Positions 37,916 through 47,110 of a stretch of DNA of 64,000 nt are shown here, piece after piece (position 1 is the first letter of the stretch; every line of letters begins with the position of its first letter). Source of the DNA: Flavobacteriales bacterium (GTDB taxonomy: Bacteria; Bacteroidota; Bacteroidia; Flavobacteriales; Schleiferiaceae). The position numbers and the translations under genes were made by a program. Where the stretch lies: positions 705 to 64,704 of the forward strand of contig CANHXZ010000001.1 in NCBI GenBank assembly GCA_947464785.1. The letters run 5' to 3'. The notes under the pieces were generated by a model. That model did not search any database. It was not told where the DNA came from and was given only the letters and a program-made list of their open reading frames with translations.

Positions 37916-39505
37916 ATGCGTAAATCTTCTCTTTCCAAAAAACGAGCTCCCAGCGGCGAAATGGCCGTGTTGGTGGGCCTGGTACTCACCATTGCGGGCA
38001 TTCTCCTGGTGCATACGGCACGCGCGCAGCCGTGCGCTGCCACCGCTCCCGGTACGGTTCATCTGTGGTTCCCGGAACCCCGCGGTTTTGTTCCACCCCT
38101 TTTTGCGCCGCAACCGGGTTTCAAAATACAAGGAACCGGAGACCGATTGGTCCACCACCTGCACGGCCTCGGGGGCGACGGAACCAGCTGGAACCTGGTA
38201 GCTGCGCGCACTTCCTACGGAGGCGCCCCAAACTTTCCAGCCCGACGCGTTCCCTACAGCACACCGCCTACTTACTACCACAACGGCTCCCTGGCGGACG
38301 CGGCCTTGGACGCGCATGCCGCTATTGCAACCGCCCACCAAGCACTGGGCGCACCTTTGGGCCTGTCGCCCGCCAACAACTTGGTGGTTGCCCACAGTTT
38401 GGGCGGTGTGGTGGCCCGCAAACTGGACGACTTGTACCGAGACAGCTCGGCCTTTCAACGCCAGTTTGGCGGCGTGGCCACCTTCGGCTCGCCGCATATG
38501 GGTGCCGTTGCGCTGTACAACGCCAGCCCCAACGGTTTGGACTTGGCAAGACCCTTTGTAGCCGAAGCCTGTGCGGTACTGGGGCATCCGGAGGTGGTGG
38601 TCTACCCCTCGTTGCCCCTGCTGCGTTGGGTACCCGGCTTGGACCCCCTGTTGAAGCAAACCGTCCAGTCGTCCTGCGGCACCGTTGGAAAAGTCTTTAC
38701 GCCCTTTGCCGCCCGCGATTTTTACCGACCGATCACGCTGGACCTCCTGCCGTGGAGCGCTTCCATCCAAAACCTGCACGTGCAAGGCAGTGAAGTCCCC
38801 ATCGTCGCCTTCTACGGCGTGGAAGAAGAGCCGGTATTTTGGAGAACGGCCCAGTCTTTTTTCTCTTTGGACTCCCTGGGCGTACAGCAAATGACCGACC
38901 CCTTCAACGCCACGGACGATCAGGGTTTGGTCAACTTCGCACAACGGGAACGCGATCGTTTTGACGCGCTGGCCGACGCTGCTGCAGACCGTGCCTTGGC
39001 CTACCGCGAAGCAGCACATGCCTGGCGCTTAGCGGTTCCTTTGGCCATCTACTACCGAAAGCGCGCCGCGCAAAAAGAGGCAACCGCGGCGGCTCTGGAA
39101 GCTGCCGAACGCTGGTACGTGCACGCCAACGGGGTGTACAAAATGATTGTGGGGGCGCAGGAAATTCACTGGTTGCAAGACGGTTGGTGGTGCACCTGCG
39201 TGAACCTGCAAAGCGGGGCAGTAGAACGTTCCCGTGCGGAATCTCCGGACGATTGCGAACCGAGCGGCGGTTTTGAAGACTGCCACGCCACCCCCCGGTA
39301 CGTGCTCCGCGTTTTTCAGTACGAGAGCGACGGCATGGTGTTGGCGCACTCCGCGGGCAATGTCAATGGCGCCGTGCTCTCGGTCCGACTCCCCAAAACG
39401 AACCACCAGCAGATGCGCAACTGCACGGAAACCAAGGACAAACTGCGGTTGCTGTACAACGGACAACTTTCCAACGCAGGGTTCTTTGCCCTGCCCGTGC
39501 GATGA
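37916..39505 (+). CDS. secreted alpha/beta-hydrolase, lipase-like (PGAP1/lipase class 2-like motifs)
   Basis: Signal/anchor MAVLVGLVLTIAGILLVHTARAQP. HHLHGLGGDGTSW, nucleophile elbow VVAHSLGGVV, FGSPHMGA, distal ESDGMV and NHQQM (candidate Asp and His). Confidence 0.7.
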   Translation: MRKSSLSKKRAPSGEMAVLVGLVLTIAGILLVHTARAQPCAATAPGTVHLWFPEPRGFVPPLFAPQPGFKIQGTGDRLVHHLHGLGGDGTSWNLVAARTSYGGAPNFPARRVPYSTPPTYYHNGSLADAALDAHAAIATAHQALGAPLGLSPANNLVVAHSLGGVVARKLDDLYRDSSAFQRQFGGVATFGSPHMGAVALYNASPNGLDLARPFVAEACAVLGHPEVVVYPSLPLLRWVPGLDPLLKQTVQSSCGTVGKVFTPFAARDFYRPITLDLLPWSASIQNLHVQGSEVPIVAFYGVEEEPVFWRTAQSFFSLDSLGVQQMTDPFNATDDQGLVNFAQRERDRFDALADAAADRALAYREAAHAWRLAVPLAIYYRKRAAQKEATAAALEAAERWYVHANGVYKMIVGAQEIHWLQDGWWCTCVNLQSGAVERSRAESPDDCEPSGGFEDCHATPRYVLRVFQYESDGMVLAHSAGNVNGAVLSVRLPKTNHQQMRNCTETKDKLRLLYNGQLSNAGFFALPVR

Positions 39506-40746
39506 TGAAGCCGGGCACTTTTACAGCGGCGGTCGCGCTGTTCGCCTTGTTCGGCTGGACGTCGTGCACCGAGGGAACGGGGACACCTCCACTCCCCGAC
39601 CCTTGGATTTCCCTGTGGACCTTCCATCCCCGCGCCGGCGCTGCCGGCGCGGGGATGGGCCCCTGGTCCTGCTCCGAAAACGTGGTGGCCTCTTCCGGCG
39701 ATTCCCTTTGGCTGCTCCACGGACGCACCGGCACGCCCCTCCAAAAAGCCTACCTCCCTCGCGCTTGGACCGACGGCTCCTACCCCGGTTCGGCGTCGCT
39801 GCAACAAGGAGACTGGGCCTACCTGTTGGGATACAAGGGCATCCTGGTGCTTCACCTCCCGACCCTCCGCTGGAGGGAGCTTCCCTGGCCGTCCCCCACC
39901 CACCCCGACGAAACCCAATGGGTAGAGCCCGCGCTGTTTGCGGGACCGGGGAGTTCCGTTTGCGTCATTTCCAAATCCACAGGTGTGGGCGCGCGTTCCG
40001 TGGACCCGGGCGAAAGCCCCACCAACGGTTGGACGTCCACGGCCTGGGTCTGGAATCCAGACAGCACATTCGAACAGGGAGCGTGGAGAGTCCTTTGGAA
40101 GCAGGGGTGGCGGGGCGCGTTCGTCGGCAGCGCCGACGGACTCGCCCAGTCCCCGGGCGTGCCCGGGGACGCACCAGCTGGCTGGTGGCGCCACCGCGCT
40201 CCCCATTCCGGAACCTTGATGCACTCCTCCGGGAGCACGGTTGCGTTGCGCGGCAACCCCGTGGCACACCCGCCGGTGGTCCTCAACCCCAGCCAGGTGG
40301 CGGTTCTGTTGGAACACAAAATCGAGTCCTACCGCGCCAACGGAACCCAATGTTGGTCCGTAATGTACTCCGACACCACGCAATTGGACCGCACACTTTG
40401 GTTGGGTTGGGCCGTCGGAACAAAGGAACCGAGTGCCTTCAACGGTGCTCCATCGCTTTGGGTGAAGGGTTCCGACGATCAACTGTGGTTGGTACGGACG
40501 TCGGACGGATGGGTGGAACGGCGGTGGAATCGGGCGGGCTGGTCTCCGTCGGGCAGCCCAAAATTGGACGTGCACGGAGGTCTGTGGTACACGGCCGAAG
40601 GGGCGCTCTGGCGGGCCGCATTGGACCGGTTGGACCGGATGGTGGATGCGCAATGCACGGGGACGCCGGCGGTTTGGAACGAACCTCGGGGCACGGCGGT
40701 TGCGGTCCGCGACGGCATGAAAATATCGGCCTACCTTTGCAGATAA
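39502..40746 (+). CDS. hypothetical lipoprotein, Trp-rich
   Basis: Lipobox-like LFALFGWTSC. The ATG overlaps the upstream stop (ATGA). The composition is diverse, unlike the two Arg/Pro-rich ORFs overlapping it (39234.. plus strand; 39316-40653 minus strand). Confidence 0.6.
   Translation: MMKPGTFTAAVALFALFGWTSCTEGTGTPPLPDPWISLWTFHPRAGAAGAGMGPWSCSENVVASSGDSLWLLHGRTGTPLQKAYLPRAWTDGSYPGSASLQQGDWAYLLGYKGILVLHLPTLRWRELPWPSPTHPDETQWVEPALFAGPGSSVCVISKSTGVGARSVDPGESPTNGWTSTAWVWNPDSTFEQGAWRVLWKQGWRGAFVGSADGLAQSPGVPGDAPAGWWRHRAPHSGTLMHSSGSTVALRGNPVAHPPVVLNPSQVAVLLEHKIESYRANGTQCWSVMYSDTTQLDRTLWLGWAVGTKEPSAFNGAPSLWVKGSDDQLWLVRTSDGWVERRWNRAGWSPSGSPKLDVHGGLWYTAEGALWRAALDRLDRMVDAQCTGTPAVWNEPRGTAVAVRDGMKISAYLCR
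40732..40739 (+). promoter_or_regulatory. TAnnTTTG -7 box (TACCTTTG) 9 nt upstream of the purD ATG, inside the 3' end of the lipoprotein gene
   Basis: TACCTTTG-CAGATAACC-ATG. Confidence 0.5.
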
Positions 40747-40748
40747 CC

Positions 40749-42050
40749 ATGAATGCCATCAACATCCTCCTGCTCGGTTCCGGCGGTCGCGAACATGCGT
40801 TCGCTCGTGTTTTGAGCCAAAGTCCACTCTGCAACCAACTCTACATTGCTCCGGGCAACCCCGGAACCGCGTTGGAGGGAATAAACGTGGACGTCAATTG
40901 GCAAAACACCGAGGCTTTGGCGCGTTTTGTAGCCGAATCGGGCGTTTCGTTGGTGGTGGTGGGGCCGGAAGATCCCTTGGTTTACGGGTTGCGCGACGTT
41001 TGCGCCGCGCATCCGGGGCTGAGCCACCTGGCATTCATTGGGCCGGGCGCCTCCGGCGCCCGGCTGGAAGGGTCCAAAGATTTTTCCAAAGAATTCATGG
41101 GGCGGCAAGGAATTCCCACCGCGGCCCACCAAACGTTTACCCCGGAAACCGTCGACGCCGGTTGTGCGTTTTTGGCCACCTTGGCGCCTCCTTACGTATT
41201 GAAAGCAGACGGATTGGCGGCCGGCAAAGGCGTTTTGATTTTATCCTCCCTGGAAGAAGCCCAAACCGAATTGCGCGCCATGCTCCTGGAAGCCAAATTT
41301 GGCGAGGCGTCGGCCAAAGTGGTGGTGGAGGAATTCTTGGACGGTATTGAATTTTCTGTTTTTGCGCTGACCGACGGCGAACACTACGTTTTACTGCCGG
41401 AAGCCAAGGACTACAAACGAATTGGCGAGGGCGATACCGGCTTGAATACCGGCGGAATGGGTGCCGTTTCCCCGGTGCCTTTTTGTACGCCAGAAGTGAT
41501 GGAGGAAGTGCGGAGCCGCATTGTGGAACCCACGGTCAACGGATTGCGCTCAGAAGGGATTCCGTACGTTGGATTCCTGTTTTTTGGCTTGATTCGGTGT
41601 GCCGACGCCGTCAAGGTGATTGAGTACAATTGCCGCATGGGCGATCCCGAAACCGAAGCCGTATTGCCCCGACTCAACGAGGATTTGGTTGCCCTTCTGA
41701 TGGATGCCGCGAACCATCGGTTGACCAACCGCACGGCAGCCGTGCATCCGGGAGCGCAATGCGTTGTGGTTTCGGTAGCGGGCGGCTACCCGGAAGCCTA
41801 CGGAAAAGGTGACCCCATCTCGGGATTGGATCGTTTGGATCCCCGCGGTTCCACGGTGGTTTTTCACGCGGGAACCAAGAAGTCCGGAGACGAAACCGGC
41901 GTGGTCACCAACGGAGGGCGCGTGCTGGCGGTATCTTCCCAAGGCAAAAACGCCTCGGAGGCGCTTGCGGCAACCTACGAGGCGTTGTCTAAAATTTCGT
42001 ATCCCGGACAGTACTACCGTCGGGACATCGGAAACGATTTAAGGAGCTGA
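40749..42050 (+). CDS. purD: phosphoribosylamine-glycine ligase
   Basis: Start at ATG 40749 (MNAINILLLGSGGREHAFARVL...). ADGLAAGKGV, EEFLDGIEFSVF, NTGGMGAVSP, VIEYNCRMGDPE. Confidence 0.95.
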   Translation: MNAINILLLGSGGREHAFARVLSQSPLCNQLYIAPGNPGTALEGINVDVNWQNTEALARFVAESGVSLVVVGPEDPLVYGLRDVCAAHPGLSHLAFIGPGASGARLEGSKDFSKEFMGRQGIPTAAHQTFTPETVDAGCAFLATLAPPYVLKADGLAAGKGVLILSSLEEAQTELRAMLLEAKFGEASAKVVVEEFLDGIEFSVFALTDGEHYVLLPEAKDYKRIGEGDTGLNTGGMGAVSPVPFCTPEVMEEVRSRIVEPTVNGLRSEGIPYVGFLFFGLIRCADAVKVIEYNCRMGDPETEAVLPRLNEDLVALLMDAANHRLTNRTAAVHPGAQCVVVSVAGGYPEAYGKGDPISGLDRLDPRGSTVVFHAGTKKSGDETGVVTNGGRVLAVSSQGKNASEALAATYEALSKISYPGQYYRRDIGNDLRS

Positions 42051-42079
42051 CGCGAGCGAAACGCGTTTCTCGCGAGGGC

Positions 42080-42250
42080 TTATTTTTCGCCGGCCTTCTC
42101 GTGCTTGCGCATTTCGCCAATCCAGTAGAGCAAACCGCCGGAGATGATCAAGGAGAACAAAATATTGGGCAAATTGCCCGCGAAGGGAACGAGCTCCAAC
42201 GTCCAGTAGAGAAATTCTCCCAAAGCTTCAAAAACAGTGCGCAACGGCAT
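42080..42250 (-). CDS. small (56 aa) membrane protein, below the ORF-track size cut-off
   Basis: Manual translation: MPLRTVFEALGEFLYWTLELVPFAGNLPNILFSLIISGGLLYWIGEMRKHEKAGEK. It resembles small Bacteroidota membrane proteins (NI.NWIFMLI....IYWM..LKK type), which I believe are catalogued as a DUF family. A TATCTTTG box lies 22 nt upstream. Confidence 0.5.
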   Translation of the reverse strand: MPLRTVFEALGEFLYWTLELVPFAGNLPNILFSLIISGGLLYWIGEMRKHEKAGEK

Positions 42251-42272
42251 GGCGAAATTCTTTAAATTTCCA

Positions 42273-42280
42273 CAAAGATA
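42273..42280 (-). promoter_or_regulatory. TAnnTTTG -7 box (TATCTTTG) for the 56-aa ORF
   Basis: Exact consensus 22 nt upstream of ATG 42250. Confidence 0.45.
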
Positions 42281-42282
42281 AG

Positions 42283-43230
42283 ATGTTAACCGGCTTCTTC
42301 AAAAGCAATAAACCCATCGCCGGCCTGATGCTGGTGATCCTGCCCATGGTGCTGCTGCCCGGATTGGCGGTTGCCCAACCGCACCCGGTCTGGGAAGTGG
42401 TTCTTTTGGCGGTTGGTGCGGGGCTTTTGGCCGGAACGGTCAACTTGTTTTTGATCTACCGAAGCGGCTACCTGAAGACCACTTTTCTTTTGGGATGGGC
42501 CTGGTGGGTGGTGGCTGTTGGCCTCAGTCGGAGCGGTTCCGGATTGAGCTGGGTCGATCTTTTGGCGGCCATCCTGGTGGTTTTGAGCACCGGATTTGTC
42601 TTCACCTTGCACCAGCCCGTTGGCCAAAAAGACAGCGTCGCATTAAATGTGGGCCTGCTCGGCGCGCTGTCCAGTTGGATTCATCCCGACGCAACCGTGG
42701 TTTTGCCCCTGGCGTGGTTGGGAATGGGTCTCTACGGTCACCTGAGCCTTCGGCGCGTCTTTTTGACGCTGCTGCCCGCTATCGGTACCTGGGCGCTGCT
42801 CTATCCGCTGGCATCCCATTTTCCCGAGTTCTTGCAGCCCAACCGCATGCCGTCCTTTTTTGACGGAAGTGCCTATCCGCAGGAACTTCCCGTGGGGTGG
42901 ATTTGGGCGGGGGTGACGTTCTTGCCCATTTTGGGACAATCCATAGCTGCCTTGTCCAAAGCAAAGTTGGTCAAACGCCACGCCATTCAATTTTCCTTGG
43001 GGTCCGTATTTCTCTTGCTGGCCTGGGCGGCGGTGCTGCCGTCCGCCTGGGTTTGGCTTCCCGGAGCGCTGTCGGTTCCCGTGGCCTTACTGACCGCGAA
43101 TGCCTTGGACTACACCCAACGCGGGTGGATTCGTTCGCTGTGGATTTTGGGGTACTTACTGGCCGCTGTATGGGCCGCTTGGGGCGCTTCCGTGGACCTC
43201 AGTTTCCTTTCGGAAGAAATAGCTTTTTGA
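42283..43230 (+). CDS. hypothetical polytopic membrane protein
   Basis: 315 aa with about 9 hydrophobic helices. The N-terminus MLTGFFKSNKPIAGLMLVIL resembles conserved Bacteroidota membrane proteins of unknown function. Divergent from the 56-aa ORF. Confidence 0.65.
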   Translation: MLTGFFKSNKPIAGLMLVILPMVLLPGLAVAQPHPVWEVVLLAVGAGLLAGTVNLFLIYRSGYLKTTFLLGWAWWVVAVGLSRSGSGLSWVDLLAAILVVLSTGFVFTLHQPVGQKDSVALNVGLLGALSSWIHPDATVVLPLAWLGMGLYGHLSLRRVFLTLLPAIGTWALLYPLASHFPEFLQPNRMPSFFDGSAYPQELPVGWIWAGVTFLPILGQSIAALSKAKLVKRHAIQFSLGSVFLLLAWAAVLPSAWVWLPGALSVPVALLTANALDYTQRGWIRSLWILGYLLAAVWAAWGASVDLSFLSEEIAF

Positions 43231-43723
43231 GCTCGGTGGCCTCATTGGGCTCCATTTTTCCGGCCAAAATGAGCGCCAATTGACGCCGGCGCAAGGCTCC
43301 GTCGAACCGCTGCTTTTCCAATTCCGTTTCGGGCTCAATGGGTGGAACCGAAATGGGGTTGCCCAATTGATCGACCGCCACAAACGTATACATGGCTTCG
43401 TTGCAACGAATTGCATTGCCCTGGCCGCGCTGATCTTCCATGGTCACCTCCACATAAACTTCCATAGAGGACGAAAATGCACGCGAAACCTTGGCTTCCA
43501 AGGTGACGATGCTGCCCACGGGTATGGCTTGTTTGAAGGAGACGTTGTTCACACTCGCCGTTACGGCAATCCGACGCGAATGTCGGTGGGCGGCGATGGC
43601 GGCGCACCGGTCCATCCAGCTCAGCAATTGGCCCCCAAAAAGATTGTTCAAGTTGTTGGTATCGTTCGGCAGAACGATTTCGGTCATCACCGTGAGCGAC
43701 TCCGACGGGCGTTTTGCCTTCAT
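43199..43723 (-). CDS. acyl-CoA thioesterase (hotdog fold, YciA/cytosolic long-chain type)
   Basis: Start set at ATG 43723 (MKAKRPSESLTVMTEIVLPNDTNNLNNLFGGQLLSWMD...). The track ORF extends 120 codons upstream into the SPOR gene in another frame. Confidence 0.88.
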   Translation of the reverse strand: MKAKRPSESLTVMTEIVLPNDTNNLNNLFGGQLLSWMDRCAAIAAHRHSRRIAVTASVNNVSFKQAIPVGSIVTLEAKVSRAFSSSMEVYVEVTMEDQRGQGNAIRCNEAMYTFVAVDQLGNPISVPPIEPETELEKQRFDGALRRRQLALILAGKMEPNEATELKKLFLPKGN

Positions 43724-45213
43724 GGTTGCGGGTTGCCGCGGAAAACCCAAACTGCCGGGAAGGATTTCTTCAATACTTCGCGCTGGGCCTGAGCCTCTTC
43801 CTCCGTGCGCGCACTGCCCGCTGCCACCTTGGTGGTTCCCAAGGACGTAGGCACAATTTGTGCGTTCTGACCCTGAGCACGCAACGTGCTCACCAAGCGC
43901 TCCGCATTGGCGCGGTCGCCAAAGGCACCCACTACCAAGTAGTACTGGTCTTTGGATTCTTGGGTGACCGTTACTCCTTTGCTGGAGGTGCTGGACTTCT
44001 TGGCGCTTGTTGCGGAAGTGGTTGACTTGACTTCTTTGGATACCGACGCTGCAGGAGCATCTGCCTGTGCGGGCTTCGCCCACGCCGCATCTACTCGAGC
44101 GGGTTCATTGGCTGGCTCTTCATCGCGCGAAGCTTCCGCCTGGGGTTGCGAAACCGGCGGGGCCGGGGTCTCAACGGCCGGAGCAGGCTCTGCCGTTTTG
44201 GTTGCAGCCGCGGGTGCTTCAACCTCTTTTTGAGGCGACGCATGCTCTTCGAGCGGGGGTTGCGAGAATAAATCCATGGACGGCCACGCTAATTTTGGGA
44301 GACGCATCCACGACGCTTCGTGGAGGACGTTTTGAACATCTTGTTGAAATCCAGGCTTCGTGCCGCCCACCACCAACAGTCCAACGATGCCGGTGAAAAC
44401 CGCCGCAGAGCGAATCGGTGCCAACCACTTTTCTCGGTTGGAACGAATCCGACGATCGGACAAGGGGCGTACGGGGGGAGCCGCCCTTTCTTCCGAATGA
44501 TCGGCTGATGGGATCCGCGCCGCAGCAGGGGCCGTACGGGCAGCTGCCGAAGGAGTTGCGGGTTCCGGTGCGGAAGACCGGACTGGAGAAACGGTAGCGC
44601 GCAGGGAGCGAACCGGGACTTCGTTGGCAGGGACCAACACCGGCAATCGATAAATGGGCAAACCGTAGGACTCGGGCAAGAAATTCGCCTCGAGCGCGGG
44701 TTGAAACACCCACTGAAATGTGTTGCGGAGGGAAAATGCCCCAATAGACTCCAGGAAAATGCGTTCGCCGCGGTCCAACCGTACCCGCCATCCGCGCACT
44801 ACATTGTGCACCAAACGGGTTGCTTCGGCAGCATCGCATCCTTCTACGGAGGCTACTTGACGCAGGAAGGATTCCCCACGTACCGCTTCGTTGGGGGAGA
44901 AAGAAACGCGGCGAGCTGGAGGCAGAAAAAGCCCGGAAACCAATTGAATATCAGCGCCGTAGGGGCGTACTGTAAACACTCCCCAACCGGGAACCTCCAC
45001 GGAATCGCTGGCACACAGCGCGTGGAAAAGGTGCTGGCCCAAGCGGGCTTCGGAGAAGGTGTTTGTTTGCACGGTAGTTAGGTTCCCGTTTACCGGGACT
45101 AACAAAGATACGGAATTCTTTCTACCGGCAATAAAACGCACCACGCACAGGGCTTCAACGAATTGTCCCGATTTACTTTGGAGCAAACGTAAGGGCGGTG
45201 TACTTTTGTTCAA
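43720..45213 (-). CDS. SPOR-domain protein with N-terminal HU-like (HU-CCDC81-type) module
   Basis: C-terminal SPOR: YYLVVGAFGDRANAERLVSTLRAQGQNAQIV. N-terminal LGQHLFHALCASDSVEVPGWGVF. The start is uncertain: the track start at 45213 is a TTG, and an in-frame TTG at 45042 would give the usual N-terminus. Confidence 0.75.
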   Translation of the reverse strand: MNKSTPPLRLLQSKSGQFVEALCVVRFIAGRKNSVSLLVPVNGNLTTVQTNTFSEARLGQHLFHALCASDSVEVPGWGVFTVRPYGADIQLVSGLFLPPARRVSFSPNEAVRGESFLRQVASVEGCDAAEATRLVHNVVRGWRVRLDRGERIFLESIGAFSLRNTFQWVFQPALEANFLPESYGLPIYRLPVLVPANEVPVRSLRATVSPVRSSAPEPATPSAAARTAPAAARIPSADHSEERAAPPVRPLSDRRIRSNREKWLAPIRSAAVFTGIVGLLVVGGTKPGFQQDVQNVLHEASWMRLPKLAWPSMDLFSQPPLEEHASPQKEVEAPAAATKTAEPAPAVETPAPPVSQPQAEASRDEEPANEPARVDAAWAKPAQADAPAASVSKEVKSTTSATSAKKSSTSSKGVTVTQESKDQYYLVVGAFGDRANAERLVSTLRAQGQNAQIVPTSLGTTKVAAGSARTEEEAQAQREVLKKSFPAVWVFRGNPQP

Positions 45214-45319
45214 AATTTAGACCCATTCTAAACAAGCACTCGGATTTTGCGGTTAACCCCATGAAACCGGTGTTGAACTGGGTCCGATAACAACCGTTCC
45301 TAACCCAAGTCCCACCCCC

Positions 45320-45643
45320 ATGGTGCACGTATCCGATGCTGCCGCCCGTCAAATCCAGCGCCTCCTCAGCGACGAAGGCCGGAGCGACGCCTTTATTCGC
45401 GTTAGCGTGAAAAGCGGTGGCTGCAGTGGCCTCAGCTACGATTTTGGTTTTGTGGACGCCCCCGAGGAAGGCGACCAAACGTTTGAAGAGCACGGCGTCA
45501 AGATGCTCGTGGAGAAAAAGAGTTTGCTCTACTTGTTGGGCACCACCCTGGATTTCAGCGGCGGTCTCAACGGCAAGGGCTTTGTGTTCAACAACCCCAA
45601 CGCAGCGCGCACCTGCGGCTGCGGCGAATCCTTTGCGGTATGA
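45320..45643 (+). CDS. sufA: A-type Fe-S cluster carrier (HesB/IscA/SufA family)
   Basis: 107 aa: [17 protein letters not shown] ... CGCGESF. Heads the sufBCD genes, and its stop overlaps the sufB start. Confidence 0.88.
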   Translation: MVHVSDAAARQIQRLLSDEGRSDAFIRVSVKSGGCSGLSYDFGFVDAPEEGDQTFEEHGVKMLVEKKSLLYLLGTTLDFSGGLNGKGFVFNNPNAARTCGCGESFAV

Positions 45644-47076
45644 GCCAAGACGAAATCCTGGAAGGCGTCACCTCCGCCGAGTACAAGTACGGTTTCACCA
45701 CTGATTTTGAGTCCGATAACCTGCCTCCGGGCTTGGACGAGGACGTGATCCGAGCACTGTCGGCAAAAAAGAACGAACCGGAATGGCTGACGGATTGGCG
45801 CTTGGAAGCCTTCCGCATTTGGCAGTCCATGGAAGAGCCGGAATGGGCCAACGTTCGGTACACCAAACCGGACTACCAGGCCATTTCCTACTATTCCGCG
45901 CCGGTCAAAAAGCAGGTGAACAGCTTGGACGAAGTCGACCCCGAACTGCTGAAAACGTTTGAAAAACTGGGCATCAGTTTGGACGAACAAAAACGTTTGT
46001 CTGGCGTGGCCATGGACGTTGTGGTGGATTCGGTTAGCGTAGCCACCACTTTTAAGGCCACCCTGGCCGAAAAAGGCATCATCTTTTGCAGCATTTCCGA
46101 CGCCGTACACGAGCACCCCGAACTGGTGCGCAAGTACTTGGGGACGGTGGTTCCGCGCACCGACAACTTTTTTGCCGCACTCAACAGCGCCGTGTTTACG
46201 GACGGCAGTTTTTGCTACATCCCCAAAGGCGTTCGTTGCCCCATGGAACTCTCTACGTATTTCCGCATCAACCAAGCGGGGACGGGTCAGTTTGAACGCA
46301 CCTTGCTTATTGCGGACCAAGGCAGCTACGTAAGCTACTTGGAAGGTTGCACCGCACCCTCGCGCGATGAAAATCAGCTGCACGCTGCGGTAGTAGAATT
46401 GGTGGCACTAGACGATGCAGAAATCAAGTATTCGACGGTCCAAAACTGGTACCCGGGCGATGCCGAGGGCAAGGGCGGGGTCTTCAATTTTGTGACCAAG
46501 CGCGGTATTTGCGAGAAGCGCGCCAAAATCTCTTGGACCCAAGTGGAAACGGGTTCCGCGGTGACGTGGAAGTACCCCAGTTGCATCTTGAAAGGAGACG
46601 ACAGCGTGGGCGAATTTTACAGCGTGGCGGTGACCAACCACTACCAGCAAGCAGACACCGGCACCAAGATGATTCACTTGGGCAAGCGCACCAAGAGCAC
46701 CATCATCAGCAAGGGCATCTGCGCGGGGCACAGCAACGGCAGCTACCGCGGATTGGTAAAGATGGGGCCGCGCGCCGAAGGCGCGCGTAACTTCTCCCAG
46801 TGCGACTCCCTGTTGATGGGCGACGGTTGCGGCAGCCACACGTTTCCGTACATCGAGATCCAAAACAAATCTGCCCAAGTAGAACACGAGGCCACCACCA
46901 GCAAAATTGGGGAAGACCAAATCTTCTACTGCAACCAGCGCGGCATGGACACCGAAGCGGCCATCGCCCTGATTGTGAACGGTTACTGCAAAGATGTTTT
47001 GAAACAACTCCCCATGGAATTTGCCGTGGAGGCCCAAAAATTACTCGCCATCAGTTTGGAAGGATCCGTCGGATAA
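45640..47076 (+). CDS. sufB: Fe-S cluster assembly scaffold SufB
   Basis: 478 aa with a highly conserved SufB sequence ([46 protein letters not shown]). Confidence 0.97.
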   Translation: MSQDEILEGVTSAEYKYGFTTDFESDNLPPGLDEDVIRALSAKKNEPEWLTDWRLEAFRIWQSMEEPEWANVRYTKPDYQAISYYSAPVKKQVNSLDEVDPELLKTFEKLGISLDEQKRLSGVAMDVVVDSVSVATTFKATLAEKGIIFCSISDAVHEHPELVRKYLGTVVPRTDNFFAALNSAVFTDGSFCYIPKGVRCPMELSTYFRINQAGTGQFERTLLIADQGSYVSYLEGCTAPSRDENQLHAAVVELVALDDAEIKYSTVQNWYPGDAEGKGGVFNFVTKRGICEKRAKISWTQVETGSAVTWKYPSCILKGDDSVGEFYSVAVTNHYQQADTGTKMIHLGKRTKSTIISKGICAGHSNGSYRGLVKMGPRAEGARNFSQCDSLLMGDGCGSHTFPYIEIQNKSAQVEHEATTSKIGEDQIFYCNQRGMDTEAAIALIVNGYCKDVLKQLPMEFAVEAQKLLAISLEGSVG

Positions 47077-47110
47077 TCCGCAAACCCGCCCGAGCGAAAC
47101 AGAAGAAATC

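Noticed and set aside
37538-39019. 493-aa minus-strand ORF, and 39316-40653 (445 aa, minus strand), as alternative genes for the 37.5-40.7 kb region
   Set aside because: Both are extremely Arg/Pro/Gly-rich and lack signal peptides or motifs. The plus-strand frames carry a signal peptide, a lipobox, hydrolase motifs and coupled start/stop codons.
39234-40748. 505-codon N-terminal extension of the purD reading frame (track ORF 39234-42050, 938 aa)
   Set aside because: The extension is Arg/Pro/Gly-rich with no PurD similarity, and it overlaps the better-supported lipase and lipoprotein genes. PurD homology begins exactly at ATG 40749 (MNAINILLLGSGGREHA), behind a TACCTTTG box.
42051-42078. Imperfect palindrome CGCGAGCGAAACGCGTTTCTCGCGAG between purD and the 56-aa ORF, as a bidirectional terminator
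   Set aside because: The stem has several mismatches and almost no loop in its best fold. The plus-strand T-run is interrupted. This is too weak to call.
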